This document shows positions 9,108 to 17,769 of a stretch of DNA of 64,000 bases, in pieces. The DNA comes from a virus (taxonomy: Duplodnaviria; Caudoviricetes). Below the pieces are notes generated by a model that worked only from the letters and a program-made list of their open reading frames with translations, made no database searches and was not told the DNA's origin. The stretch lies in the IMG/VR virus record IMGVR_UViG_3300035686_000003, positions 83,707 to 147,706 of that record. The stretch is one strand, 5' to 3'. Made by a program: the position numbers and the translations under genes. Numbering within the stretch: position 1 is the stretch's first letter; the number at the start of each line of letters is the position of its first letter.

Positions 9108-9805
9108 CAGCCCCACACCTCGTCTAAAAAAGAGTCAGTATCAAACTCAACCTTTGAATCCACCGAAGCCTGTCGCTCAACAGTTACTTGCTGTCTTCTT
9201 GTAGTCCGTTGATTCTCCCGTTCCTTCATCTCCTCAAGGAACTCGTCAACATTGACCTCTTCAACCTTGGTCACCTTCTTGTCAACGATCTTCTGGATAT
9301 TAGTCGATGACAGTAAGTTGTCCAACACTTCTTCTTGCTCAGCCATTGCGTCAAGGATTCTGTTTGAGTAATCCTTTTGCCGCTGTTGCCAAGCAGCAAC
9401 GAAAGTTTTCTCTTGTACTTCCGCTAGCAAATTTGCCCGTTGTTGTTCCCGGTTTGCAATGCTTGTTGCGATCGCGAATAACACTCTGTCAGAGAATCCA
9501 ATGTTCTGAGCGGTCAACACCGACTTGGCACTTTTTACTAGCTCAGTTGTGTCTTGCAAGACTAATGCTTCCGTTTGTTCACTACAGTCGCTAGGGGTCT
9601 GTGTTGGTGTAACTGGTGCGGTGCCAGCAAGTTCCTTAGTTTGCTTGACTGCGAATCCCAATGCTTCAAGGGATTCAAATGCTGAAACAACGTCTTCTTC
9701 AGATATGTTATCGCTGTTTTCTGTGTACCCCATAGCTTTTAGAGCAGCTGTCGCATTTTCTTGGGGGTAGCAATCTAAATCTTTTAATGCTTCTGTAAAG
9801 TTCAT
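9107..9805 (-). CDS. Acidic helical / coiled-coil hypothetical protein
   Basis: 232 aa ORF coupled to 8739..9107. Confidence 0.75.
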   Translation of the reverse strand: MNFTEALKDLDCYPQENATAALKAMGYTENSDNISEEDVVSAFESLEALGFAVKQTKELAGTAPVTPTQTPSDCSEQTEALVLQDTTELVKSAKSVLTAQNIGFSDRVLFAIATSIANREQQRANLLAEVQEKTFVAAWQQRQKDYSNRILDAMAEQEEVLDNLLSSTNIQKIVDKKVTKVEEVNVDEFLEEMKERENQRTTRRQQVTVERQASVDSKVEFDTDSFLDEVWG

Positions 9806-9976
9806 GGTCTTCGTTACTTGCGCTTAGTTTTCTGTGTCTTACAACACTATAACACGACGATTAGCAATTGTCGGCTTTTCGACAACAAATATTCATTACT
9901 ATTGCGCTATGAAACGAAGAATATGGATTAGAAATTTTGATGGTAGAAAATACTTAGAGCCAGAGCTACTCCAAGC

Positions 9977-10360
9977 CTATGAGAATAGCCATGACTCTAC
10001 TACTTCTCTTTTCAATGCGAGAATCTTCTTTTTCCCTGACTCATCGGTTCCTCCAATCCAATCGCGAATATCTGCGTACTCACAAATGCTATGTACTTCT
10101 TGGCACCAGGCAATCATCATAAGGAAAAATTTCTGGTAGAAGTCCAGCTTCTTCCGATTCTTCCTGTTTCCCCAATAAAGGATACGCACCAAAGAAATCG
10201 AACTATCAACAATCTCTCGTTCCCAGTTGTAGATCGTCCGTTCGGTGACGGACAGAACTTTAGCCCATTCTTCACGAGAGGAAAGGGTTTTTAGATCGTC
10301 CTTGCTTGCCCCAAACATATTCAGCAAGGTACTTAGGTAATATGCCTCTTGAGTCTCCAT
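9977..10360 (-). CDS. HTH DNA-binding protein
   Basis: SREEWAKVLSVTERTIYNWE; start reassigned to METQEA. Confidence 0.7.
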   Translation of the reverse strand: METQEAYYLSTLLNMFGASKDDLKTLSSREEWAKVLSVTERTIYNWEREIVDSSISLVRILYWGNRKNRKKLDFYQKFFLMMIAWCQEVHSICEYADIRDWIGGTDESGKKKILALKREVVESWLFS

Positions 10361-10453
10361 GTTTTCTACTAATATTAATTCCTTGTAAAGTTTAACACTA
10401 ATTTGTATTTTCAGCCAATTGTTATCACAAAGGTTTGTAGATTTGTTTGTCCG

Positions 10454-10755
10454 AATCCGGAAACGACCCAGAAACGAGTCAGAACCCACCCAGAAAGGAC
10501 TCGGAAAGTGCCTAATGATAGTGGTTCGCAATAGTGGACTAAAATTTTGCGAATGAAACTATAGAAAACGAGTGATTTACTTGAGCTGCATCTGTGAAAC
10601 CCTTATGGCAGTAAGGTGTTTTATTTGAGGGGTATGTGAATCCCAGATTCTTTGTCGCAATAGTAAATCCAGAAAGGACTCGGAAAATCGGTCTTATATT
10701 GACGTATTGTGGGTCAGAAATCGGAACTTCCGGATTTGCTCACACCGTTTCCGGA
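10454..10755. repeat. 11-bp-phased octamer array and TCCGGA cluster in a divergent intergenic region
   Basis: AATCCGGA, GACCCAGA, GAGTCAGA, CACCCAGA, GACTCGGA at 10454/10465/10476/10487/10498; AATCCAGA and GACTCGGA at 10666/10677; TCCGGA at 10456, 10729, 10750. Confidence 0.7.
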
Positions 10756-10930
10756 TTTTGCTGGTAGTATTTATTCCTATGAGTTTGAAAGTTGGAAGCA
10801 GTTCCTTACTTCTTCATTGTTCTTGACTCTGTTATCACAGAAGATGTTCCCGACAATGAGGTAAGCTCGACAACTTGACAACTCGACCGTCCATCTACTA
10901 AGCTGGTGAAATAAACCGTTTCTGGACAAA

Positions 10931-11101
10931 ATGAACACTAAAAGACCGAAATTGACTTGCTTCACAACCCATGAACTTAGAACGTGCCTGAAGAAACACG
11001 TTATAGATGAAGGAACAACCTTGGACAAATTCATCCACGGTTTATTGGAGAATTACTTAAAGGAAAGAGGTCTACTTACAGAGAAAGAGGAGGCAGCTTA
11101 A
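10931..11101 (+). CDS. Small RHH-like protein, 56 aa (not in ORF track)
   Basis: MNTKRPKLTCFTTHELRTCLKKHVIDEGTTLDKFIHGLLENYLKERG; abuts the next ORF. Confidence 0.65.
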   Translation: MNTKRPKLTCFTTHELRTCLKKHVIDEGTTLDKFIHGLLENYLKERGLLTEKEEAA

Positions 11102-11102
11102 T

Positions 11103-11312
11103 ATGTTCTGGAATCCCAACGGATGCAACAATCGCACATCACATAACAATGGTGAGCCAGTGTGGAACGAACCGACACTACGAAGATTTTGGCGATACTG
11201 CGAGATTAAAGGCTTAGACTCAAAGGATGCTAGGTCGGTACAGAAGTTTGTTGAAGAAGAACTGTATCCTCCTATAGGCACGATTAACTCTCAGGGGGTG
11301 CCAAACTTCTGA
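11103..11312 (+). CDS. Hypothetical protein
   Basis: GAGGAGG RBS; coupled to neighbours. Confidence 0.65.
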   Translation: MFWNPNGCNNRTSHNNGEPVWNEPTLRRFWRYCEIKGLDSKDARSVQKFVEEELYPPIGTINSQGVPNF

Positions 11313-11584
11313 TGGCTACAGAAGAATTAACCATTGAACACGTAAGGCGATTTGCGCCATACCAATTGTTCCAGTGTGTATCTCCCGATGGGAGTGAGTA
11401 TCTGTTGGAGTTGCAGGAGATGGACGTTGATGCTGCCATTGAAGCAGATGTGTTTCATATCAAAAACCTTAACAGCTCTGATCCTGTTGCAGTAATGGAC
11501 TTTGCTAACCTAAAGCTGACATTGCAGACCATCAAAACTTATGTACCCTGTTGGACAAACACCTGGGATAGATTAGTGCATTAA
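11312..11584 (+). CDS. Hypothetical protein
   Basis: TGATG overlap with the upstream ORF. Confidence 0.65.
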   Translation: MATEELTIEHVRRFAPYQLFQCVSPDGSEYLLELQEMDVDAAIEADVFHIKNLNSSDPVAVMDFANLKLTLQTIKTYVPCWTNTWDRLVH

Positions 11585-11592
11585 AGGAAACC

Positions 11593-11739
11593 ATGAAGAT
11601 AATCACTGCTGGGCTTTTCATCGTTACGATTCTTGCTACAGCTCAGTTGCTCACTGACTTCACGCCTATTTATGCAGACGCCCAACCGGAACCCACAGAA
11701 TCTTCGCCCCCACGAGGAGGTGGACGAAGAGATATTTAA
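11593..11739 (+). CDS. Secreted PatX-like peptide, 48 aa (not in ORF track)
   Basis: AAAGGA RBS; MKIITAGLFIVTILATAQLLTDFTPIYADAQPEPTESSPPRGGGRRDI: signal peptide, Pro-rich stretch, RGxGRR; terminator follows. Confidence 0.62.
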   Translation: MKIITAGLFIVTILATAQLLTDFTPIYADAQPEPTESSPPRGGGRRDI

Positions 11740-11765
11740 CTTCAAAGGTTAGCGAACCTACCTTC

Positions 11766-11793
11766 AGCCCTGTGGGAAACTACGGGGCTTTTT
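11766..11793 (+). terminator. Intrinsic terminator
   Basis: AGCCCTGTGG-GAAA-CTACGGGGCT followed by TTTT. Confidence 0.75.
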
Positions 11794-11844
11794 GCTGTGT
11801 AAACGCCCACAATAGTAGCAGTAGATACAGAGGAGATTACTGTT

Positions 11845-12777
11845 GTGGCTTTTGGGAAACAAGAGTTTGAGCTAAAAGATTTTGTACAAGAGCAAACTCA
11901 GCGGCTAGCAGAAGAGACACCCAATGAAGAGAGTTGTGGATTTATTCTTCGGGATGACAATGTTATTCGGTGCAAGAATGTATTCTACAATCCAATGCTC
12001 GATGATAAGGACGAGCAGGCACTTGCCGAACTCATGGATGAGTTAATTATTCGTGACGTGTCGCTCGAACAACCTTTGGACAAGGTTCGTGAGGCAATCT
12101 CGGTTAGGACAGGTATCGCAATATCAGCTCGCGATCGCTTAGCAGCAGATAGCAAAGGTATTGCTGCTGTGTGGCATTCCCACTGTCTCGATTCCTCACC
12201 AGGGATGCTGACCTACGAGGATAATCCAGCGCTAGGGATTCATTCGGACATCACACAATCGAAGCTGCAACGGTTACCTTATGTGATGTACCATACCCGT
12301 TTCAAAGAGTGGGATATGTATGACCCCTACAATCTCAGTCCATATCCACTGAAGAAGCAAATCGCCCACCCGGAAAATCCTGATGATTACGCTAACCTTC
12401 CTTACTGTTGGAACCGTGCCGATTGCCTAGAAATTCCCAGATCAGCACTATGGGGAATGTTTGGTATTGACTTAGGTATTCATTTGCGATCTCACCCTTC
12501 CGAGTACATGACTGAAGGATGGCAACGGTATGTCGATGACTTGCCAAAGCTAGGCTTTGAGGAAGTACCGATGTTTGACGCTATGAAGTTCAAAGCTGGC
12601 GATTGTCTGCTAGCGCAACTTCCGCGACACAAGACGCTACATCACTTATTCTTGCTTGTGGATGAGCCGAAGCAACTGGTGCTACACGTCATGGATGGCG
12701 GCTTGAGTGTTATCGAACCTGTAGCGAAGTGGCGACGATTTGTGAGGGTGTTATTCCGTCACCAAAAATTTATCTAG
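11845..12777 (+). CDS. Tail-tip assembly protein K-like (JAB/MPN plus NlpC/P60)
   Basis: EESCG...WHSH...D; ADCL...HH catalytic pattern. Confidence 0.8.
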   Translation: MAFGKQEFELKDFVQEQTQRLAEETPNEESCGFILRDDNVIRCKNVFYNPMLDDKDEQALAELMDELIIRDVSLEQPLDKVREAISVRTGIAISARDRLAADSKGIAAVWHSHCLDSSPGMLTYEDNPALGIHSDITQSKLQRLPYVMYHTRFKEWDMYDPYNLSPYPLKKQIAHPENPDDYANLPYCWNRADCLEIPRSALWGMFGIDLGIHLRSHPSEYMTEGWQRYVDDLPKLGFEEVPMFDAMKFKAGDCLLAQLPRHKTLHHLFLLVDEPKQLVLHVMDGGLSVIEPVAKWRRFVRVLFRHQKFI

Positions 12778-13133
12778 TTCTACAGAGGTTTTGGCTTTAC
12801 AAAGGCTTTATAATTACCTCTGTCGATATAGAAGAACAGTGAAGATACTCCTGATCGCTTGTAGTCCTAAGCAGCTCAATGACTCCTCTTGGAAGATACC
12901 GAAGGGAGCTGAGCTTTTCATTGTCTGGAATCAACGAGAAGCTGAAGCCATCCAAAAGCTTCGGACTTTCGATGAAGTAATAAGGTTTTGTTAATATAGT
13001 TATAGGCATAGCCTGGGGGTAGTCGTATGACTGCCGCAACAGCCGTTCGCAAGGGCGGCTTTTGTTGTGTCTGTGGGAGCTTACGCAAACTTGAATTTGC
13101 TATTGCGGCGATGATTAAAATAAATTTGAAATT

Positions 13134-13430
13134 ATGAATGATATAAAAGTTGCAATTAAGCCAGGTGGCATTGGTACAGAAATATTTTTAAATGGGAAAA
13201 AGATCGATGCTGCAACTAGAAAAATTATTGTCGAGATCAATCCTTCTTCAGCTTCTATGACTGTGGAAGGACTGCTTATAGGAGAGGATGGACTACCATT
13301 AATTGCTGGCGAAGAACTTCAGACTTACTCCTGTAATGCGTCAATAGAAGAACCCGGAGAGATAAACTTATCGTCACCCATGCTCGCACGTTTGTTGCAG
13401 TCGATTGACAGGAGTGCCGATGCTAACTAA
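13134..13430 (+). CDS. Hypothetical protein
   Basis: ATG ORF overlapping the gpI-like start. Confidence 0.55.
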   Translation: MNDIKVAIKPGGIGTEIFLNGKKIDAATRKIIVEINPSSASMTVEGLLIGEDGLPLIAGEELQTYSCNASIEEPGEINLSSPMLARLLQSIDRSADAN

Positions 13431-13983
13431 AGTCCGGCTACTCGGGGTCTTGGGAGAGGAGTTTATCCCTGAGATTAACCTAGATATTAATTCTGTGCAA
13501 GAGGCTTCATGGGCACTCCAAAATATCTTTCCCCGCTTCAAGTCTTGGGTATTGGAGCAGGCGCAACATGGGCTAGCTTATGAAGTTTTCGTGGGCGATT
13601 GGCAAATTGGAGAACAGCATTTGCTGGCGGCTACTGGAGGGCAGGAGATATCAATTATTCCTTTAATAGGCGGAAGTGGTCGAGGCATTATTTCCATCAT
13701 TGGAGGTCTTGCCCTGATCGGACTCGGATTAGCCACAGGAGGTGCGGGTTTCTTGGGATTTTCCTCTACCAGCTTATTATTGGCAGGCGGGGCGCTTTTA
13801 CTCCAGGGCATCATTGGCTCAAAAAGTCCCAAAGCAGAAGAGAATGGACAAAAAAATAGTTTGATCTTTTCCGGTCAGCCCAATGTTACTGCTGTGGGAG
13901 CAGCTAAGCCGTTATGTTTCGGAGTCTTCCTAGTATCTGGCACCGTAGTGAGCGCCAGAATACGTACATTTGAATTATCGTGA
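13420..13983 (+). CDS. Tail assembly protein I-like
   Basis: VRLLGVLGEEF ubiquitin-like N-terminus, IIPLIGGSG, Gly-rich hydrophobic segment, FSGQPNVT..G...PLCFG. Confidence 0.85.
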   Translation: MLTKVRLLGVLGEEFIPEINLDINSVQEASWALQNIFPRFKSWVLEQAQHGLAYEVFVGDWQIGEQHLLAATGGQEISIIPLIGGSGRGIISIIGGLALIGLGLATGGAGFLGFSSTSLLLAGGALLLQGIIGSKSPKAEENGQKNSLIFSGQPNVTAVGAAKPLCFGVFLVSGTVVSARIRTFELS

Positions 13984-14323
13984 CGTACTCTAACGCAGTA
14001 ATTCAGGTCATTCTTTTCGCTTTCTCGTTGGGCTGTCTAAAGATTTTTCTATATCCCAGCCTCTTTTTAATCGATGGTACAATGGTACTCTCGAATTACT
14101 CGAACGTCAAGGGTGGGTTACAATCGTAGCAATACATTAACCTATTGCTGCTCATGTCTAAGGCTGAAGTCTGCAACCACATCGAACGTATCGCAAAGCT
14201 GTTGCGACGAAGGTTTTATGTTTGGTACGACTGTCGCCTTGGCTACTACTGTGCGACTCCTTGGCGTCCTACGGGTAAACCATCAGATCTCATTGAACCG
14301 TGAATGTTAAGCTTCAGTAGTGA

Positions 14324-14596
14324 ATGAGTCTCATCCCTCTTGCCATGATCGATATCGAGTTGGAAGCTGGACTACCTTGGGGAGCAATTGCACACCGTTG
14401 CTACCAGTCGTTCTATAGTGCCCTAGAGGGTGCAGGAGAGGCAAATGAGTACGCAACTTGGGATGAGTTGTCAGTTGGCGAGAAGCTGGCATTTGAGGTT
14501 GCACTACGGGAACTAGAAGAATGCATCTGTGACCGAAAGCAAGAATTGAACCGTTGGAATAATTTTGTTCAGCGAAGACTAAAGAAAGAACTATGA
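14324..14596 (+). CDS. Hypothetical protein
   Basis: ATGA coupling with 14593. Confidence 0.6.
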   Translation: MSLIPLAMIDIELEAGLPWGAIAHRCYQSFYSALEGAGEANEYATWDELSVGEKLAFEVALRELEECICDRKQELNRWNNFVQRRLKKEL

Positions 14597-14937
14597 AAAA
14601 CACAGTAACTCAAGCCGAAATCGACTTCCTACTCGACAATGCAGAAACTCAGGAGCATATCTTCTGGGACAAGGAGCTAGTCATAAGCTACAAGCTACCA
14701 TCAAGCTTCACAATCAGTGGTAGAGCAGCAGTAATTGATGTCAGCAACTTTGATATAAACATCGGTCGTAAGATTTGTCGTGAGAATGCCGCCCATCAGC
14801 TATGGCAGCTCGAAGGTTATCGGAAGCAACTGGAGTTACAAAAGTTAGCGAAAGAGCCTGAAAAGGTTTGCCAGTTCAAAGTCATGGGTTTTGAGGTAAC
14901 AATTGTCAACCATGAATTGCAACCAGGCTGGAATTGA
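14593..14937 (+). CDS. N4 gp49 / Sf6 gp66-family protein (candidate nucleotide-signal sponge)
   Basis: FTISGRAAVIDVSNFDINIGRKICRENAAHQLWQLEGY. Confidence 0.75.
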   Translation: MKNTVTQAEIDFLLDNAETQEHIFWDKELVISYKLPSSFTISGRAAVIDVSNFDINIGRKICRENAAHQLWQLEGYRKQLELQKLAKEPEKVCQFKVMGFEVTIVNHELQPGWN

Positions 14938-16228
14938 TTTAATTAAGTTTTACGAAGGACTTAGATTAGAGAGCTATAAACATACAGGGGATGTCTGGAC
15001 TGTCGGCTATGGTCACACTAAAGGTGTCAAGCCGAATATGCAGATAACCAAAGATGAGGCAGAGGAGTTGCTACGGAAGGACTTGGAACACTTTGAGGAT
15101 GCAGTGACTCGCTTAGTCAAAGTTCCCCTCAATGAAAATCAATTCTCTGCTTTAGTATCCTTTGCATACAATTGCGGCGAAGGTGCATTGGCAACTTCTA
15201 CTGCACTTCGGAGGCTCAACTCTGGTGATTACAAAGGTTGTACGGAAGCGTTACAATGGTATAACAAAGGTTCTAGCGGCAATGTGCTACCTGGTTTAAC
15301 CAAACGCAGAAAAGCAGAAGCGGAGTTATTCAGCCTAGAACCCACGCAGGTCGTAGTGCCAACTTACACGCAGACCCTGGAAAGAACTCCGCTCACCATT
15401 CAAGCCCCTATGAATAATAGTAGTAGTTTCCTCTTCAACACATATCGCTACTTCAAAGATTTGCCACATCAGCGTAGCGCGATCGCTTACCTTGAGCAAC
15501 ATACATCACCAGAAGTACTGCAAGAGATGCAGGAGCTTTGGAGAGCTGGGAACGTCATCGCTCAAGTGCAGAAGATGCAAGTCCGTGAAGATAAGCCCAT
15601 TCGACTTGTCGATAAAATTGTGGCTTACATGAAGGACAAGGGTTATGTCGTATTCAATGAGTCGGGAAAGCGAAATATCGTTTATGTTGAGGGGATGAAT
15701 CCTGACGGGCGATTGAACGATGATCGTCCTAATTGGTTCAATGATATCCGTTGTGTGTTCGAGTATCGTGATGGCAAGCCGGAGATGCTGGGTATTTGGC
15801 AGGGGTCAACCGAACCGGGAAGCCACTACACTCATCGTCCAATGAATCCCAAGGGATGTGCCAGAATCGCCTTCGGACAATATCAGAGTGCTTGGGCTGT
15901 GGGATTACATGGAACCCGTCACAGGTATGAAGCCTTGGTGCAAGTGGGTAACGTCACAGTTCATCGTGATCTCAACAAAGACTTCAAGAGAACTGGGGAT
16001 AAGCTATATACAGGTAACGACTATTACATTAATCAGCACCACGGAGGCAATGCTGCGGAGAATAGTTTAGGGATGCACAGTGCGGGATGTCTCATTGGTC
16101 GCACTGTTGAGGGTCACCAGCAGTTTATGAAGATTGTTAAAGGTGATCCCGATTACCAGCAAAACAAGCACTATCGCTTCACCACTACAGTAATTCCGGG
16201 CGATGAACTGGTAAAGCTGTACCCCTAA
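14912..16228 (+). CDS. Endolysin: GH24 lysozyme plus C-terminal YkuD-like putative peptidase domain
   Basis: LIKFYEG...WTVGYGHT, QFSALVSFAYNCG, GLTKRRKAE; C-terminal INQHHG...HSAGCLIG. Confidence 0.88.
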   Translation: MNCNQAGIDLIKFYEGLRLESYKHTGDVWTVGYGHTKGVKPNMQITKDEAEELLRKDLEHFEDAVTRLVKVPLNENQFSALVSFAYNCGEGALATSTALRRLNSGDYKGCTEALQWYNKGSSGNVLPGLTKRRKAEAELFSLEPTQVVVPTYTQTLERTPLTIQAPMNNSSSFLFNTYRYFKDLPHQRSAIAYLEQHTSPEVLQEMQELWRAGNVIAQVQKMQVREDKPIRLVDKIVAYMKDKGYVVFNESGKRNIVYVEGMNPDGRLNDDRPNWFNDIRCVFEYRDGKPEMLGIWQGSTEPGSHYTHRPMNPKGCARIAFGQYQSAWAVGLHGTRHRYEALVQVGNVTVHRDLNKDFKRTGDKLYTGNDYYINQHHGGNAAENSLGMHSAGCLIGRTVEGHQQFMKIVKGDPDYQQNKHYRFTTTVIPGDELVKLYP

Positions 16229-16581
16229 TCTCTGTAGGACTCATCAACCCAATCTTCCTCGATATGCACGTCAGGCTCCAGATATGGCAACACACGTTGC
16301 GATTGTTCTCTACTGTCAGGCGTTAGTCTACCTTGGCTCAACGTGTAACTGTCGGACTCAACTACGGTAGTGGAATTGTCTTCTCGTTGACTTCCTCCAC
16401 TCTGGAATGCACCCGCTGCTGCCGATATCCCTGCTGGCAATGCTGTAGCTAGGAGAGTGTCGATAGCTTCTTTATTGTCTCCAGGAGCAAACGATAACGC
16501 GATCGCTCCTAGAATGCACAAAGTTGTTACTCCTCCACCAAACATCAAAACATACTTTGCGATACTGTTAGGCTGACTCAT
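16225..16581 (-). CDS. Small membrane protein, holin candidate
   Basis: Two hydrophobic segments and an acidic tail; convergent with the endolysin. Confidence 0.5.
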   Translation of the reverse strand: MSQPNSIAKYVLMFGGGVTTLCILGAIALSFAPGDNKEAIDTLLATALPAGISAAAGAFQSGGSQREDNSTTVVESDSYTLSQGRLTPDSREQSQRVLPYLEPDVHIEEDWVDESYRD

Positions 16582-16658
16582 ACAGATAAATTATATTTTG
16601 TCTACTATTGTAACCCATAGGCTACCATAGTCTAAAATGTGTTATCTACTGCTAACTT

Positions 16659-16964
16659 ATGGATACCTTTCGTCACTTCCACAGGACACTCACTTATGCC
16701 TTCAAGGCAACCCAGAGTGTTACCCATGCAAACCTTGATAACGTTGGCGTCTACACACGAATGTTTATTGGTTGGTGGACAGCGTGTGGGCATAAGTTTG
16801 CTGAACATTACTATGAAAGTCAAAACTTCCAGCAGCTCAACAATAGGATGCTGACGCTCCTAGATGGTAGCAACCTCATCACTTTTGCAGCGAGTATCCA
16901 AGAAGTCAAGAAATATGCAGACCTGTTGGCTGAGGAATTTGGTATTATGGTTGACCCCGACTAA
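16659..16964 (+). CDS. Hypothetical protein
   Basis: 101 aa ATG ORF filling the gap. Confidence 0.5.
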   Translation: MDTFRHFHRTLTYAFKATQSVTHANLDNVGVYTRMFIGWWTACGHKFAEHYYESQNFQQLNNRMLTLLDGSNLITFAASIQEVKKYADLLAEEFGIMVDPD

Positions 16965-17070
16965 TCTTCGAGGAACAGGAAGTAGTCGAACAAGCAGGTT
17001 GATGCCGCAAATAGTAGTAGGAAGAAAATAATATCCATCGAAGATACCAATAATTTCTACGATATTAATT

Positions 17071-17769
17071 CTAGCCTATTCGCGTCAACGCTGGGAACGC
17101 TAGCATCGGTAGCACAGCATTAGCGCCAAAGCGTAACTCACAGGCACCTATAGTCTTCGCACAAGCAGCTTGAGGATCGCCAAAGGGTACTGGAGTGTTA
17201 TTCATGTTCCACTCACTTGTGCCGCTATAGCCGCACTCCAGAGGGTGACGGTAACGAGCTTGGCAACGATTGAGGCAAAGTTGAGTAGGGAGCTTGGTCT
17301 CCAGTAGCTCCAATGGTGTCGTTAATTCAAAGACCACTCCAATTCCAGCAACTAATTCTTTGGGGTGGGATATCTGGAATTTCTGGATAGGTTTTGTCGC
17401 AGCAGGATTTGGTTCGGTGCCATCATCGAGATGCTTCCGAAGTATTTGAATAATCTTAATATTTGCACCCACCAATCCATCACCGTAGTAATCGATAAGT
17501 CCTGTGATAATCTGGGAGTCCTCCGTTGTTGCATCAGACACAGCTAATGTTGGCGTAGGTAGCTGACCCTCTGAAGTAACCTCTAAACCTTCAATGCTAC
17601 AAGCTAAAGGTAAGTAGGAGATCCCGTTATGCACAACTCCATCATGTGCTGTAAAGTGGAACGACTCAAAAGGGGAGCTTTTGTTAAAATTGCTAAGCTC
17701 GAAAAGCAACAGTTCTGAATCATGATCTAGTGATTGCAAAGATTGTATAGTCACAATCCCACCCTCCAC
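17071..17769 (-). CDS. Minor tail protein L-like
   Basis: GQLPTPTLAVS, VFELTTPLEL, C...YR...CGYSG, CAKTIGACELRFG Cys pattern. Confidence 0.9.
   Translation of the reverse strand: MEGGIVTIQSLQSLDHDSELLLFELSNFNKSSPFESFHFTAHDGVVHNGISYLPLACSIEGLEVTSEGQLPTPTLAVSDATTEDSQIITGLIDYYGDGLVGANIKIIQILRKHLDDGTEPNPAATKPIQKFQISHPKELVAGIGVVFELTTPLELLETKLPTQLCLNRCQARYRHPLECGYSGTSEWNMNNTPVPFGDPQAACAKTIGACELRFGANAVLPMLAFPALTRIG

Noticed and set aside
10361-10531. N-terminal extension of the HTH ORF
   Set aside because: It runs through the repeat array from a weak start codon; more likely regulatory DNA.
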